Below are positions 49,997 to 59,083 of a DNA stretch of 64,000 bases, piece by piece. Made by a program: the position numbers and the translations under genes. This DNA comes from an uncultured Verrucomicrobiae bacterium (GTDB lineage: Bacteria; Verrucomicrobiota; Verrucomicrobiia; Chthoniobacterales; UBA10450): assembly GCA_963834385.1 (NCBI GenBank), contig CAWIBO010000005.1:416001-480000 (forward strand). The letters run 5' to 3'. Position 1 is the first letter of the stretch. Each line of letters starts with the position of its first letter. Under the pieces are notes generated by a model. The model had not been told where the DNA came from. It did no database searches and was given only the letters and a program-made list of their open reading frames with translations.

Positions 49997-50867
49997 GGCG
50001 CCCTGTCTTCTTTAGATAAAAAATCAGCGCGCCCCAGGTGATCAGCGCGACCAGGACCGGCACCACGCCGAGGCGCAGGTTGTCGCCGATCCAGGGCCAG
50101 GCGGGCGAATCGAGCCGGGCCATCTTGTTAAAGGCGCCGTTGGCCAGGATCCATCCGGCATGCAGGCCGATGGGCAGCCAGAGCGACCGGGTGCGCCAGC
50201 GGGCCACGCCCATGATGAGACCAAGGACGAAGAGCGTGGCGCAGGCCGCCCAGGTCTCGCCCGGCTCGGTTTGGAAGGAATGAAAACCCTGCCCCGCGAG
50301 GGCGAAACCCGACTGCCAGAAGACCGGTTGATCCGCGACCTCGGGAGCTTTCAGGAAATGAATCACCGAATAGAACGCCGAGGTGAGCAGGAGCCCGAGG
50401 GTCGCCTGGGCCCGCCGGGCAAAAAGACCGAGCAGAAAACCGCGAAAAAAGAATTCCTCGATCACCGGAACGATGAGAGCGGCCAGGGCGACCTGCCCGA
50501 GGCCGGACCAGCGCGGGTTGGTCCGGATCAGATAGACATCGAGCAGAACGAGCAGGCCGGCGGCGGCGGCCAGCGGGAGAGCGGCCAGGCAAAACCCGGT
50601 CGCCGCATCGCGGCCCCCGCGGGGATTCGGGACGAGATCGAGGTCGCTCAGCCGGCGGATCTCGAGGCTGCGCCAGAGCGGATAGAGCAAAGCCAGCGCG
50701 GCCAGGAGCAAAGCCCGGTGAAAAAAACTCCGGAACCCGTAACCGGTCAGATCGGGCCCGCCCTGCGCGGCGAGGGCCTGCGCTCCCCAGAAGAGAGGCG
50801 GCGCGAGGAGCGCGCCGAGCAGCACGACCGCGACAAAGTAGGCCAGCACTCGCGCTGCGTCTTTCAA
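49986..50867 (-). CDS. CPBP (CAAX/Abi) intramembrane metalloprotease
   Basis: EEFFFRG, FYSVIH, SLWLPIGLHAGW. Confidence 0.88.
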   Translation of the reverse strand: MKDAARVLAYFVAVVLLGALLAPPLFWGAQALAAQGGPDLTGYGFRSFFHRALLLAALALLYPLWRSLEIRRLSDLDLVPNPRGGRDAATGFCLAALPLAAAAGLLVLLDVYLIRTNPRWSGLGQVALAALIVPVIEEFFFRGFLLGLFARRAQATLGLLLTSAFYSVIHFLKAPEVADQPVFWQSGFALAGQGFHSFQTEPGETWAACATLFVLGLIMGVARWRTRSLWLPIGLHAGWILANGAFNKMARLDSPAWPWIGDNLRLGVVPVLVALITWGALIFYLKKTGRHAR

Positions 50868-50892
50868 GATCCTAATGTAGAGTCGCGACGGA

Positions 50893-51150
50893 ATGCCCAG
50901 TCAACACATATGGACGGAGCGGGACGAGGAAGGCCGGAAACGCGAGGTTCGCGCGGTCAAATTCGGCGGCAAATGGAAGCTACAGGCGAAATTCGTCGAT
51001 GAAGAAAACTGGACCTATTACGAGGAACCGCTTCTGGCCGATCTCAGGGCCCTGCACGACCTGCTCTTCCGGAAATATCAGCGCCGGCGGGTTCCGGCCG
51101 AGGATGTCACCGCGATCGAGCGGATGCTGCACGAGCACCCCGGCGAATGA
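50893..51150 (+). CDS. Small hypothetical protein
   Basis: 85-aa ORF with normal codon usage, 4-bp overlap with bioA. Confidence 0.7.
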   Translation: MPSQHIWTERDEEGRKREVRAVKFGGKWKLQAKFVDEENWTYYEEPLLADLRALHDLLFRKYQRRRVPAEDVTAIERMLHEHPGE

Positions 51151-52432
51151 GCGCCTGGAAAACAGAGGAGCTGGCGGCGGCCGACAAGCGGCATCTCTGG
51201 CACCCTTTCACCCCGCTGCACGCCTGGTGCGCGGATGATCATGAACCGATCGTGCTGGTGGAAGGGGAGGGGGCGCTTCTCCGGGACAGCCGGGGCCGCG
51301 AGTATATCGACGGCAATTCGTCCATTTGGACCAACATCCACGGGCACAACCATCCGCGCCTCAACCAGGCCATCCGGGAGCAGCTCGGGCGCGTGGCCCA
51401 CACCTCTTTCCTCGGATTCTCCAACCCGCGAGCCATCGAACTGGCCACCCGGCTGATTGGCCTGTTCCCACCCGGGGCCTTTTCCCGGGTGTTTTTCTCC
51501 GACAACGGCTCCACCGGGATCGAGGTGGCCCTGCGGATAGCCGACCAATATTGGCGGTTGCGCGGGGAGAACCGGCCGGAATTTGTCTCGTTTGCGCGGG
51601 GATACCATGGCGACACCGCGGGGGCGGCGGCCTTGGGGGCCCAGAGCCTCTTCCCGAACGGGCCGGCGGGGTGGGGATTCCCGGTGCGCCAGGTGTCGTC
51701 CGTCGAAGAGCTGGAAGAGGGGGAGAGCCGAAATGTCGCGGCGGTGGTGATCGAGCCGCTGATCCAGGGAGCCGCCGGGATGCAACCATGGCCAGAAGGG
51801 GTGCTCGCCGACCTCAAGCGGTGGTGTACGGTCAGCGGCGCCCTTCTTGTAGCCGATGAAGTGATGACCGGGTTCGGCCGGACCGGAACCATGTTCGCCT
51901 GCGAGCAGGAAGGCGTTTTACCGGACATCGTGGTTCTCGGTAAAGCGTTGACGGGAGGATATGTTCCGTTGGCTGCTACTTTAATAACGGAACAAGTATC
52001 AGAGCTGTTTTTGCGTGATTCTGACCCCCGGCGGACGCTGTTTTACGGGCATTCTTATGCCGGAAATCCGATTGGCTGCGCCGTGGCCCTGGCCAGTCTC
52101 GATTTGTTCGGGGAAGAGCGGAACCCTGCAACGTCTCCAAGACTCCATCCAGCTCCTCCGGGACGAACTGTCGCGCCTCGCAGACGCGGTCGGACGTCGC
52201 GGAGGTTCGGCAATGCGGCTTCATCGCGGGCGTTGAACTGGCGCCGCGCGCCGAAAAGTCGGGTCCGAAACGTCGGCTCGGGGCGGAGGTCTGCCAGGCG
52301 GCCCGGCAGCACGGGCTTTTGACCCGTCCCATTGGGGACACGGTGGTTCTGATGCCGCCTTATTGCATCACCCCCGACCAGCTAAAGCAGTCGGTCCGGG
52401 CGATCGAGCTGGCCCTCGAGGAGGTCATGTGA
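51147..52432 (+). CDS. bioA: Adenosylmethionine--8-amino-7-oxononanoate transaminase (frameshifts near 52121 and 52187)
   Basis: LWHPFT, DGNSSIW, SDNGS, YHGDT, ADEVMTGFGRTG, GKALTGG, HSYAGNP; C-terminus RPIGDTVVLMPP ends with TGA at 52432. Confidence 0.92.
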
Positions 52433-53166
52433 GCCTGAAGTCGCGCCTGGACGTCGCCCTGGTGGAGCGCGGCCTTTTTGATACCCGCGAGAAGGCGCAG
52501 CGCGCGATCATGGCCGGGAAGGTCAGGGTGAACGACCAGATCGCCGCCAAAGCCTCGCTCACGGTCAGGCGGGAGACGCCCATCGAGGTGGAGCCCGACC
52601 GGGAATTTGTCGGCCGCGGCGGCACCAAGCTGGCGGGGGCCCTGGAGCATTTCGGCCTCGACCCTTCGGGGCAGACCGCCCTCGACATCGGGGCTTCCAC
52701 CGGCGGGTTCACCGATTGCCTGCTGCAACGGGGCGCCGCGCATGTTTATGCGGTGGACGTCGGGCATAGCCAGCTCGCCTGGAAGATCCGGTCGGATCCC
52801 CGGGTGACGGTGCTGGAGAAGGTGAATGCCCGCTATCTTGGCCCGGCTGAAATTCCCGGGCCGATAGACCTCTGCGTGATCGATGTCTCGTTTATCTCGC
52901 TGACTTTGATCTTGCCGCCGGCGCTCCAATTGGTAAGGGCAGGGGGCGTGATCCTGGCCCTGATCAAACCGCAGTTCGAATTGCAGCCCGGCGAGGTCGG
53001 CCGCGGAGGCGTCGTCACCGAGAGCGCGTTCCATGAGAAGGCGGTGCGACGGATCGAGGATTTTTGCGGGAACATTGCCGAGCTCGAAAATAAGGGGGTG
53101 ATCCCGTCGCCCATCACCGGCACCGAGGGGAACCGTGAATTTTTCATATGCCTGCAAAAACAATAG
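52429..53166 (+). CDS. tlyA: TlyA family rRNA methyltransferase
   Basis: RLDVALV S4 domain, LDIGASTGGFTD, DVSFISL, LIKPQFE, GNREF. Confidence 0.93.
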   Translation: MSLKSRLDVALVERGLFDTREKAQRAIMAGKVRVNDQIAAKASLTVRRETPIEVEPDREFVGRGGTKLAGALEHFGLDPSGQTALDIGASTGGFTDCLLQRGAAHVYAVDVGHSQLAWKIRSDPRVTVLEKVNARYLGPAEIPGPIDLCVIDVSFISLTLILPPALQLVRAGGVILALIKPQFELQPGEVGRGGVVTESAFHEKAVRRIEDFCGNIAELENKGVIPSPITGTEGNREFFICLQKQ

Positions 53167-54007
53167 GGATCATCGCCCATACCGGGAAACCGGGGGTGCA
53201 GGAGCTGGTGGCGCGGCTGGCCGAAGGCTTTGCCCGGGAGAAGATCGAGGTCCTGGTCGAGGACAAAACCGCGGCGGTGGCGGGGCGGGAGGGCGGATTG
53301 CCGATCGGCGAAGTGGGAAAACGGTCCGACCTGCTCGTGGTCCTGGGTGGTGACGGCACCATCCTGAACGCGGTCGGCCGGCTTGGCCCGAACCTGAAAC
53401 CTGTTTTCGGCATCAATATTGGCTCGCTCGGGTTCCTGACCTGCCTCAATTCCGCGTCGGCCGAGGAAGCGGTCGCGGCCATCGCCTCGGAGAAGATCTC
53501 GCTCAGTTCACGGACCCTGCTCAGGGTCGAACTGCCCGGGCGAAAAGAGGAGGCGCTGATCGGCCTGAACGACGCCGTCCTGAGCCGGGGGAAGTTTCGC
53601 GGCTGGTCCGGATGCTGGTGAGCGTGGAGGGCGAGGCGCTGACCGAGTTTAACGCGGACGGGCTGGTTATTGCCACGCCGACCGGTTCCACGGCTTACTC
53701 GTTATCGGCCGGCGGCCCGATCATGTCGCCGGACTCGGGTGTTTTCGTGATCACGCCGATCTGCCCGCATGTTTTGACCAACCGGTCGCTGGTGATCTCC
53801 GAGCGCTCGACCATTGAGGTGCGGGTGACCGAGCGTGATTACCCGGTGTTCCTGAATGTGGACGGGAACGACCCGGTGCGGCTGGAACGGGACGAGATCG
53901 TCCGGATCCGCCGGCACGACCGAAAGCTGGAACTGGCGGCCCTGCCCGGAACCTCCTTCTTCAGCGTGGTCCGCCAGAAGCTGAAGTGGAGCGGAAGCAG
54001 CGTGTAA
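53148..54007 (+). CDS. nadK: NAD+ kinase (frameshift in G-run near 53590)
   Basis: LGGDGT, GSLGFL, LNDAV / ADGLVIATPTGSTAYSLSAGGP. Confidence 0.93.
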
Positions 54008-54293
54008 CGGCCCAGCCAAGCCGGGGCTTGTTTCTTCGCCATAAACCCCGGTCACCTTCGTCATTCCAATAGGCTTCAAAGCGCAAGAATCGACCACGCG
54101 CTGTGTAAACGATCCGGTAGCTCCGGTATCCCATACTGCGTCCCCTTCACAAGCCGCAGGGCGCGTGGCCTCGTTTAGATTTACAGCGTTTGCCGGGAAA
54201 CCTGAATTGCCGGAAATGTACCGCGCAGACCGCTGCTTTTGAGTTGCCTGCTACTGGGGTGCGGACCAGGATGTCGGAATCGCCCACATCAAA

Positions 54294-54965
54294 ATGCGAA
54301 ATTCGTTCGTGATTCTGATTCTTCGGCGCGCCGCGCTCATGGCGATTCTTCTCACGGCTGGATATTCCTCCGGCCACGCGACCGGACAGACAGCGGCTTG
54401 GGAGCGCGAGCTCGACCATTTGCGCGCGAAAAAGGCTCAAGTGACGGCCCGGATCAAGACTCTCGAAGCGGAAATTCTTCGCGAATTGGCCAAGCGCCCT
54501 AAATCGGTGATAGACCGATTTCTAGAAGAATTAGCGCAGAGAGCAACGATCGATCCACCTGATGATCCGGTCCTGCGGCGCGTGCTTCAGCTCACGAGAG
54601 AAGTCTGGGTGCTGCAAGACGAGCTCGCCGCGGTCGATTACCGGATCAAGGGAATAGTCCATGAGATGAGAGCCGCTGAGGAACAGCTGAAACGAAGCCG
54701 TAAGGTGATTGAAGTCGATCAGTCGAACACCGGCACGGTGAGAAGGGCCTTCCGTTACTCGCACGCCCTCCAGGAGGTCGGGGGCAGTTCGGCCTTAGAT
54801 CGGCGCGCGTTCACTGGCACCGTGATAGAAAAAGCCATACTCAGTCGACAGGTCGCCATCACGACTGGTGTTGGTGCCGTTTTCAAACGGCACCAACACC
54901 TCACGACTTCATATGACATATATTGTATGATGTTATTGAAGGGTGTTCTCGGGTCTGGGGCTTGA
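54294..54965 (+). CDS. Hypothetical exported coiled-coil protein with atypical codon usage
   Basis: 223-aa ORF with a signal-like N-terminus; visibly lower GC with ATA, AGA, TTA and CTA codons. Confidence 0.5.
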   Translation: MRNSFVILILRRAALMAILLTAGYSSGHATGQTAAWERELDHLRAKKAQVTARIKTLEAEILRELAKRPKSVIDRFLEELAQRATIDPPDDPVLRRVLQLTREVWVLQDELAAVDYRIKGIVHEMRAAEEQLKRSRKVIEVDQSNTGTVRRAFRYSHALQEVGGSSALDRRAFTGTVIEKAILSRQVAITTGVGAVFKRHQHLTTSYDIYCMMLLKGVLGSGA

Positions 54966-54994
54966 ATGTTTCCGCGGGTCGCGCACTCTCCCCC

Positions 54995-55450
54995 GTGCCT
55001 GACCCTTTATCGCCCGTTTCGCCTGATTCTCCCCAGGATTGGGACGATTATTACGATCTGCGCTGGCGGGTGCTTCGCGCCCCTTGGAACCAGCCGCGCG
55101 GATCCGAGCGGGATGAACTCGAGGATTCGGCGATTCACCTGATGATTCGGTCCCCGAAAGGCCCGGTGGTGGCTGTCGGGCGGGTCCATCTCACCTCGCC
55201 CGGCGAGGCGGTGATCCGGTTCATGGCCGTGGAACCTTCCTGGAGCAGCCGCGGGTATGGCACCCGCATCCTCGCGGGTCTGGAAGCCAGGGCGGCCGCC
55301 GCCGGCGCCCGGTCCATCCAGCTCAACGCGCGGGAATATGCCCGCCGCTTCTACTCCCGACATGGCTACGAGGAGATCGGGCCGGGCCCAACCCTCTTCG
55401 ACGCCATTCGACATGTCCGGATGCAAAAGCAGCTGCCGACCGCGGGATAA
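54995..55450 (+). CDS. GNAT family N-acetyltransferase
   Basis: LRWRVLRAPW, IRFMAV...RGYG, LNARE.A..FY..GY. Confidence 0.88.
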   Translation: MPDPLSPVSPDSPQDWDDYYDLRWRVLRAPWNQPRGSERDELEDSAIHLMIRSPKGPVVAVGRVHLTSPGEAVIRFMAVEPSWSSRGYGTRILAGLEARAAAAGARSIQLNAREYARRFYSRHGYEEIGPGPTLFDAIRHVRMQKQLPTAG

Positions 55451-55710
55451 GGGCGAGACGAGCGCCGATGGGGGTTCGGCCACGTGATCATTACACCCGT
55501 GCCGCGAACCGGTTGCGCTACTTCTTACCTTAACCACGTAGTCTCATTTCGTACTGGTTACGGGCGGATGGACCATGTAAATGGAGGCATCAGGATCGCG
55601 GTGACGGGGAACTTCGATGGGTTCCGCCGCGCTCAGGTCCGGCTGTTCGCGGCCTCTTGGCTTGACGATCGTCCCCTCCCCGTTAACCTCGCGACCCACT
55701 CCTATTTGCC

Positions 55711-56325
55711 ATGATTTATCTTCGTTTCCTTCTCCTTCCGGCCCTGTTCTGGGCAGTTTCCACCTCGCAAATGTCCGCCCAGGAAGTTGAGGGGGCCGAA
55801 GAGGTGAAATCAGAGCCCGAAGAGGAACTGGCGGACGATCTGACCCCGGTGCGCAAGGCGACGGCGGAGCCGTCGAGGAGCGAGGCGACCCCCGAGAAGA
55901 GTGAAGCCCGTCCGTCGGGCCAGGCGGTGGTCAAAGGCCCGGTGCAGGAGATGATGACCCCTGAGCAGTTCAAGGCGGCGGGGTTGAACAAGCTGACCCC
56001 GGCCGAGCTGAACAAGCTCAACGAATTTCTCCTTGGTTTCCGGCAGGAGACGCTGGCAAAGGCGGAGACCCAGGCAAAGATCGAAAAGCAGGACCTCATC
56101 ATCAGCCGCGTGGACGGGGCGTTTGAAGGGTTGAAGGGCAAAACGCTCATCCGGCTGGCCAATGGCACCGTCTGGAAACAGGCCAACTCGAGCGATCGCT
56201 ACAAAGGCCCGGGCCGGCCGGGCGAGTACGTCAACCTGGCGGCCGTGGTGATGAAGAAGGGTCTGTTCGGCTACAAAATGCGGATCGAGGGCACGCCCGA
56301 GTTCTACGTGACCAAGGTCCAGTAG
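55711..56325 (+). CDS. Exported hypothetical protein
   Basis: Signal peptide, acidic linker, MTPEQFKAAGLNKL..EL..LN motif, L.NG.VWKQ. Confidence 0.75.
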   Translation: MIYLRFLLLPALFWAVSTSQMSAQEVEGAEEVKSEPEEELADDLTPVRKATAEPSRSEATPEKSEARPSGQAVVKGPVQEMMTPEQFKAAGLNKLTPAELNKLNEFLLGFRQETLAKAETQAKIEKQDLIISRVDGAFEGLKGKTLIRLANGTVWKQANSSDRYKGPGRPGEYVNLAAVVMKKGLFGYKMRIEGTPEFYVTKVQ

Positions 56326-56338
56326 GCGGCTCCCGCTC

Positions 56339-56559
56339 CTCCAGAACCGCTGAGGAGAGCGGACGCTACAGCGCGCCATCGCTCCGTCAGCGTCGTCCGC
56401 GAATCCACGCTGTCGCGTGTGCCGTCCCCGGCGCATCCCCTCCTGCTCTTGCTCTTAATCCTGATCCTGCTCCTCCAGATCCGCTAAAGAGAGCGGACGC
56501 CACCGCGCGCCATCTCCGGGCCGCGCATTCCAACTAAGAGAGCGGACGTTGCGCGCTAC
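56339..56559. repeat. Intergenic direct repeats with hairpin and hexamer tract
   Basis: GAGAGCGGACG occurs three times; ~42-nt copies at 56339-56380 and 56473-56514; ctcctg/ctcttg/ctctta/atcctg hexamers at 56440-56475. Confidence 0.7.
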
Positions 56560-57800
56560 CCCGCGCCGCCACCGACCGGCGGGACAAACTTGGCCAGTTT
56601 AAAGGTCTCGTGCGTGAGCTGGGCAGCCCGGTCAGCGTCTTTTTCGTCGATGACCACGGCGATCTTGATCTCCGAAGTGGAGATAAGCTGGATGTTGACG
56701 CCCCCTTCCCCAAGGCATTGGAAGAGCCGGGCGGCCACGCCGGAATGCGAGCGCATCCCGATGCCGACCACGCTCAGCTTGGCCAGCCCGCTCTTGCAGG
56801 AAATGCCGGTGGCGCCGATCTCGTGCAGGAGCGGTTGCAGAAGTTCCTCCGAGCGGGGCGCGTCGTTCTGCGGGACCGTAAAGGAAATATCGGTGGTCGA
56901 CTCGCTGGCCACGTTCTGCACGATCATGTCGACGTTGATATTGGCGGCGGAAACCGCCGAGAAAATGCGGCCGGCGACCCCGGCGGTGTCCGGCACGCCC
57001 GAGACCGTGAGCTTGGCCTGGGCCCGGTCGAGGCTGACGCCGCGCACGACGACGTCCTCCATGTTCGGCGTTTCCTCTTTCGCCAGCGTGCCTTTTTTAT
57101 CGTGGAAACTGGACCGGACCTCGAAAGGGACGCTGAATTTCTTGGCGAACTCAACCGCGCGCGACTGCATCACCTTGGCCCCGGCCCCGGCCATCTCGAG
57201 CAGCTCGTCGTAGGCAATCTCGTCGACCTTCTGCGCTTCCGGCACAACCCGCGGATCGCAGGTGAAAACGCCGTCAACATCGGTGTAGATCTGGCAGGCG
57301 TCGGCGCCGAGGGCGCCGGCAAGGGCGATGGCGGTCAGGTCGGAACCGCCGCGCCCGAGCGTGGTGATGTCACCTTCCGGGGTCTGGCCCTGGAAACCGG
57401 CGACAATGACAATGAAATCCTCCGCGAGCAGCTCGTGAATGCGGCGCGGGGTGATGTTCGAGATCTTGGCCCGGGTGTGGGCGCGGTCGGTCAGGATGCC
57501 GGCCTCGGCGCCGGTCAGGGAAATGGCGCGGCCGCCGAGCGCGTTGATGGCCATGGCGGTCAGCGCCATGGTGGTCTGTTCGCCGGTGGCGAGGAGCGCG
57601 TCCATCTCGCGTTCCGCCGGTTGCGGCGCGAGCTCTCTCGCCATTTTGATCAGGTTGTCCGTGACCCCGGCCATGGCTGAAACCACCGCCACGACCCGCG
57701 CCCCCTCCTTTTGGGTGGCGAGGATGCGCTCAGCCACCTTGCGGATGCGCTCCGGCGTGCCCACGGAGGTGCCGCCAAATTTCTGGACAACAAGACGCAT
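56556..57800 (-). CDS. lysC: Aspartate kinase
   Basis: VQKFGGTSV, TTLGRGGSD, YTDVDG, two ACT domains, ISTSEIK. Confidence 0.95.
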   Translation of the reverse strand: MRLVVQKFGGTSVGTPERIRKVAERILATQKEGARVVAVVSAMAGVTDNLIKMARELAPQPAEREMDALLATGEQTTMALTAMAINALGGRAISLTGAEAGILTDRAHTRAKISNITPRRIHELLAEDFIVIVAGFQGQTPEGDITTLGRGGSDLTAIALAGALGADACQIYTDVDGVFTCDPRVVPEAQKVDEIAYDELLEMAGAGAKVMQSRAVEFAKKFSVPFEVRSSFHDKKGTLAKEETPNMEDVVVRGVSLDRAQAKLTVSGVPDTAGVAGRIFSAVSAANINVDMIVQNVASESTTDISFTVPQNDAPRSEELLQPLLHEIGATGISCKSGLAKLSVVGIGMRSHSGVAARLFQCLGEGGVNIQLISTSEIKIAVVIDEKDADRAAQLTHETFKLAKFVPPVGGGAG

Positions 57801-57882
57801 GCTTAAGAGCGCACGGGCATGGAGAAAAAGTAACAGGTCACCGGCGGAAGCGTTTTCGTTTTTCTGGCGTCGGTGTCAATCC

Positions 57883-58953
57883 TCAAAGCTCCAGCGCGCG
57901 CAAGAGATCGGTCTCCTCCGGGGCTGCCGGCACCGCGTCCGGCAGCCGGCCGGTTTCCACCTCAGGATCTTTCAACCCATGACCCGTAATGGTGCAGACG
58001 ATGGTGCGACCCCGCAGTTGTAACGACAAGTCCGTTTTCGCGCGGGCGGCCTTGAGCAGACCCGCCACCGGCGCGGCGCTGGCCGGCTCGGCAAAAAGTC
58101 CGTCGTGCCCCGCGAGCCATTGCTGCGCCTCGAGAATCTCCTCGTCGGTCACGATGTCGATGGCGCCTTCCGACTCGCGCACGGCGGCCCGGGCGCTTTC
58201 CCAGCTTGCGGGATGGCCGATGCGAATGGCCGTGGCCACCGTCTCCGGTTTCGAGATCACGCGGTTGTGATAAATCGGCGCGGCCCCGGCGGCCTGGAAC
58301 CCAAGCAGTCGAGGCCGCCGCCCGGCCGTTTCCCCGGCCTCGAGATAACCCTGCCAGTGCGCGGTGATGTTTCCGGCGTTGCCCACTGGCAGGAGATGAA
58401 AGTCAGGAGCCGCGCCCAGTTGTTCGATGACTTCAAAGGCGATGGTTTTCTGGCCGGCGATGCGGTCGGGATTCGTGGAATTGACCACGCAGACCCCGGG
58501 ACGTCGACCCACGCTTTGCACAAGGCGAAGGGCGTCGTCGAAGTTTCCGTCGAGCGCGACGATGCGCGCTCCGTGCATCCGGGCCTGGAGAAGTTTGCCC
58601 CGGGCAATCCTGCCCGCGGGCAAAACCACGGCACAACGGATTCCGGCCCGGGCGGCATAGGCCGCGGCGGAGGCGGAGGTGTTGCCAGTGGACGCGCAGA
58701 GGAGCACTTGCACGCCGGCAGCGGCCGCCGCGGTCACGGCCACGGTCATGCCGCGATCCTTGAACGAACCCGTCGGGTTGCTCCCTTCAAACTTCAGGTA
58801 CACCTCGGCTTGCACCATTTCCGAAAGCGCCGCGCTGCGGAGTAGCGGGGTGTCCCCTTCCCCAAGCGAGATCACCGTGGCGCCTTCCGGCACCGGAAGC
58901 CGGTCGCGATAACGGGCGATGAGACCGGAAGTCGCAACGACAGGCAGGGGCAT
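57883..58953 (-). CDS. thrC: Threonine synthase
   Basis: SLGEGDTPL, NPTGSFKDRG, ASTGNTSAS, PVGNAGN, TGHGLKD. Confidence 0.95.
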   Translation of the reverse strand: MPLPVVATSGLIARYRDRLPVPEGATVISLGEGDTPLLRSAALSEMVQAEVYLKFEGSNPTGSFKDRGMTVAVTAAAAAGVQVLLCASTGNTSASAAAYAARAGIRCAVVLPAGRIARGKLLQARMHGARIVALDGNFDDALRLVQSVGRRPGVCVVNSTNPDRIAGQKTIAFEVIEQLGAAPDFHLLPVGNAGNITAHWQGYLEAGETAGRRPRLLGFQAAGAAPIYHNRVISKPETVATAIRIGHPASWESARAAVRESEGAIDIVTDEEILEAQQWLAGHDGLFAEPASAAPVAGLLKAARAKTDLSLQLRGRTIVCTITGHGLKDPEVETGRLPDAVPAAPEETDLLRALEL

Positions 58954-59083
58954 TCCGGAATGGAAGCGCAGCGGCGCCCTTCGTCGAGTCCCTTGTGGGC
59001 CGAAGCCGGGGTCCTGTGATTTATTTGCAAAGTTGGGCGGTCTGTCGTCCCTTAGCTCACGCCCATTCCGGCGTTTTTTTCCC

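Noticed and set aside
54017..54036. Intrinsic terminator after nadK
   Set aside because: caagc-cggg-gcttg has only a 5-bp stem and an interrupted T-tract, too weak to call.
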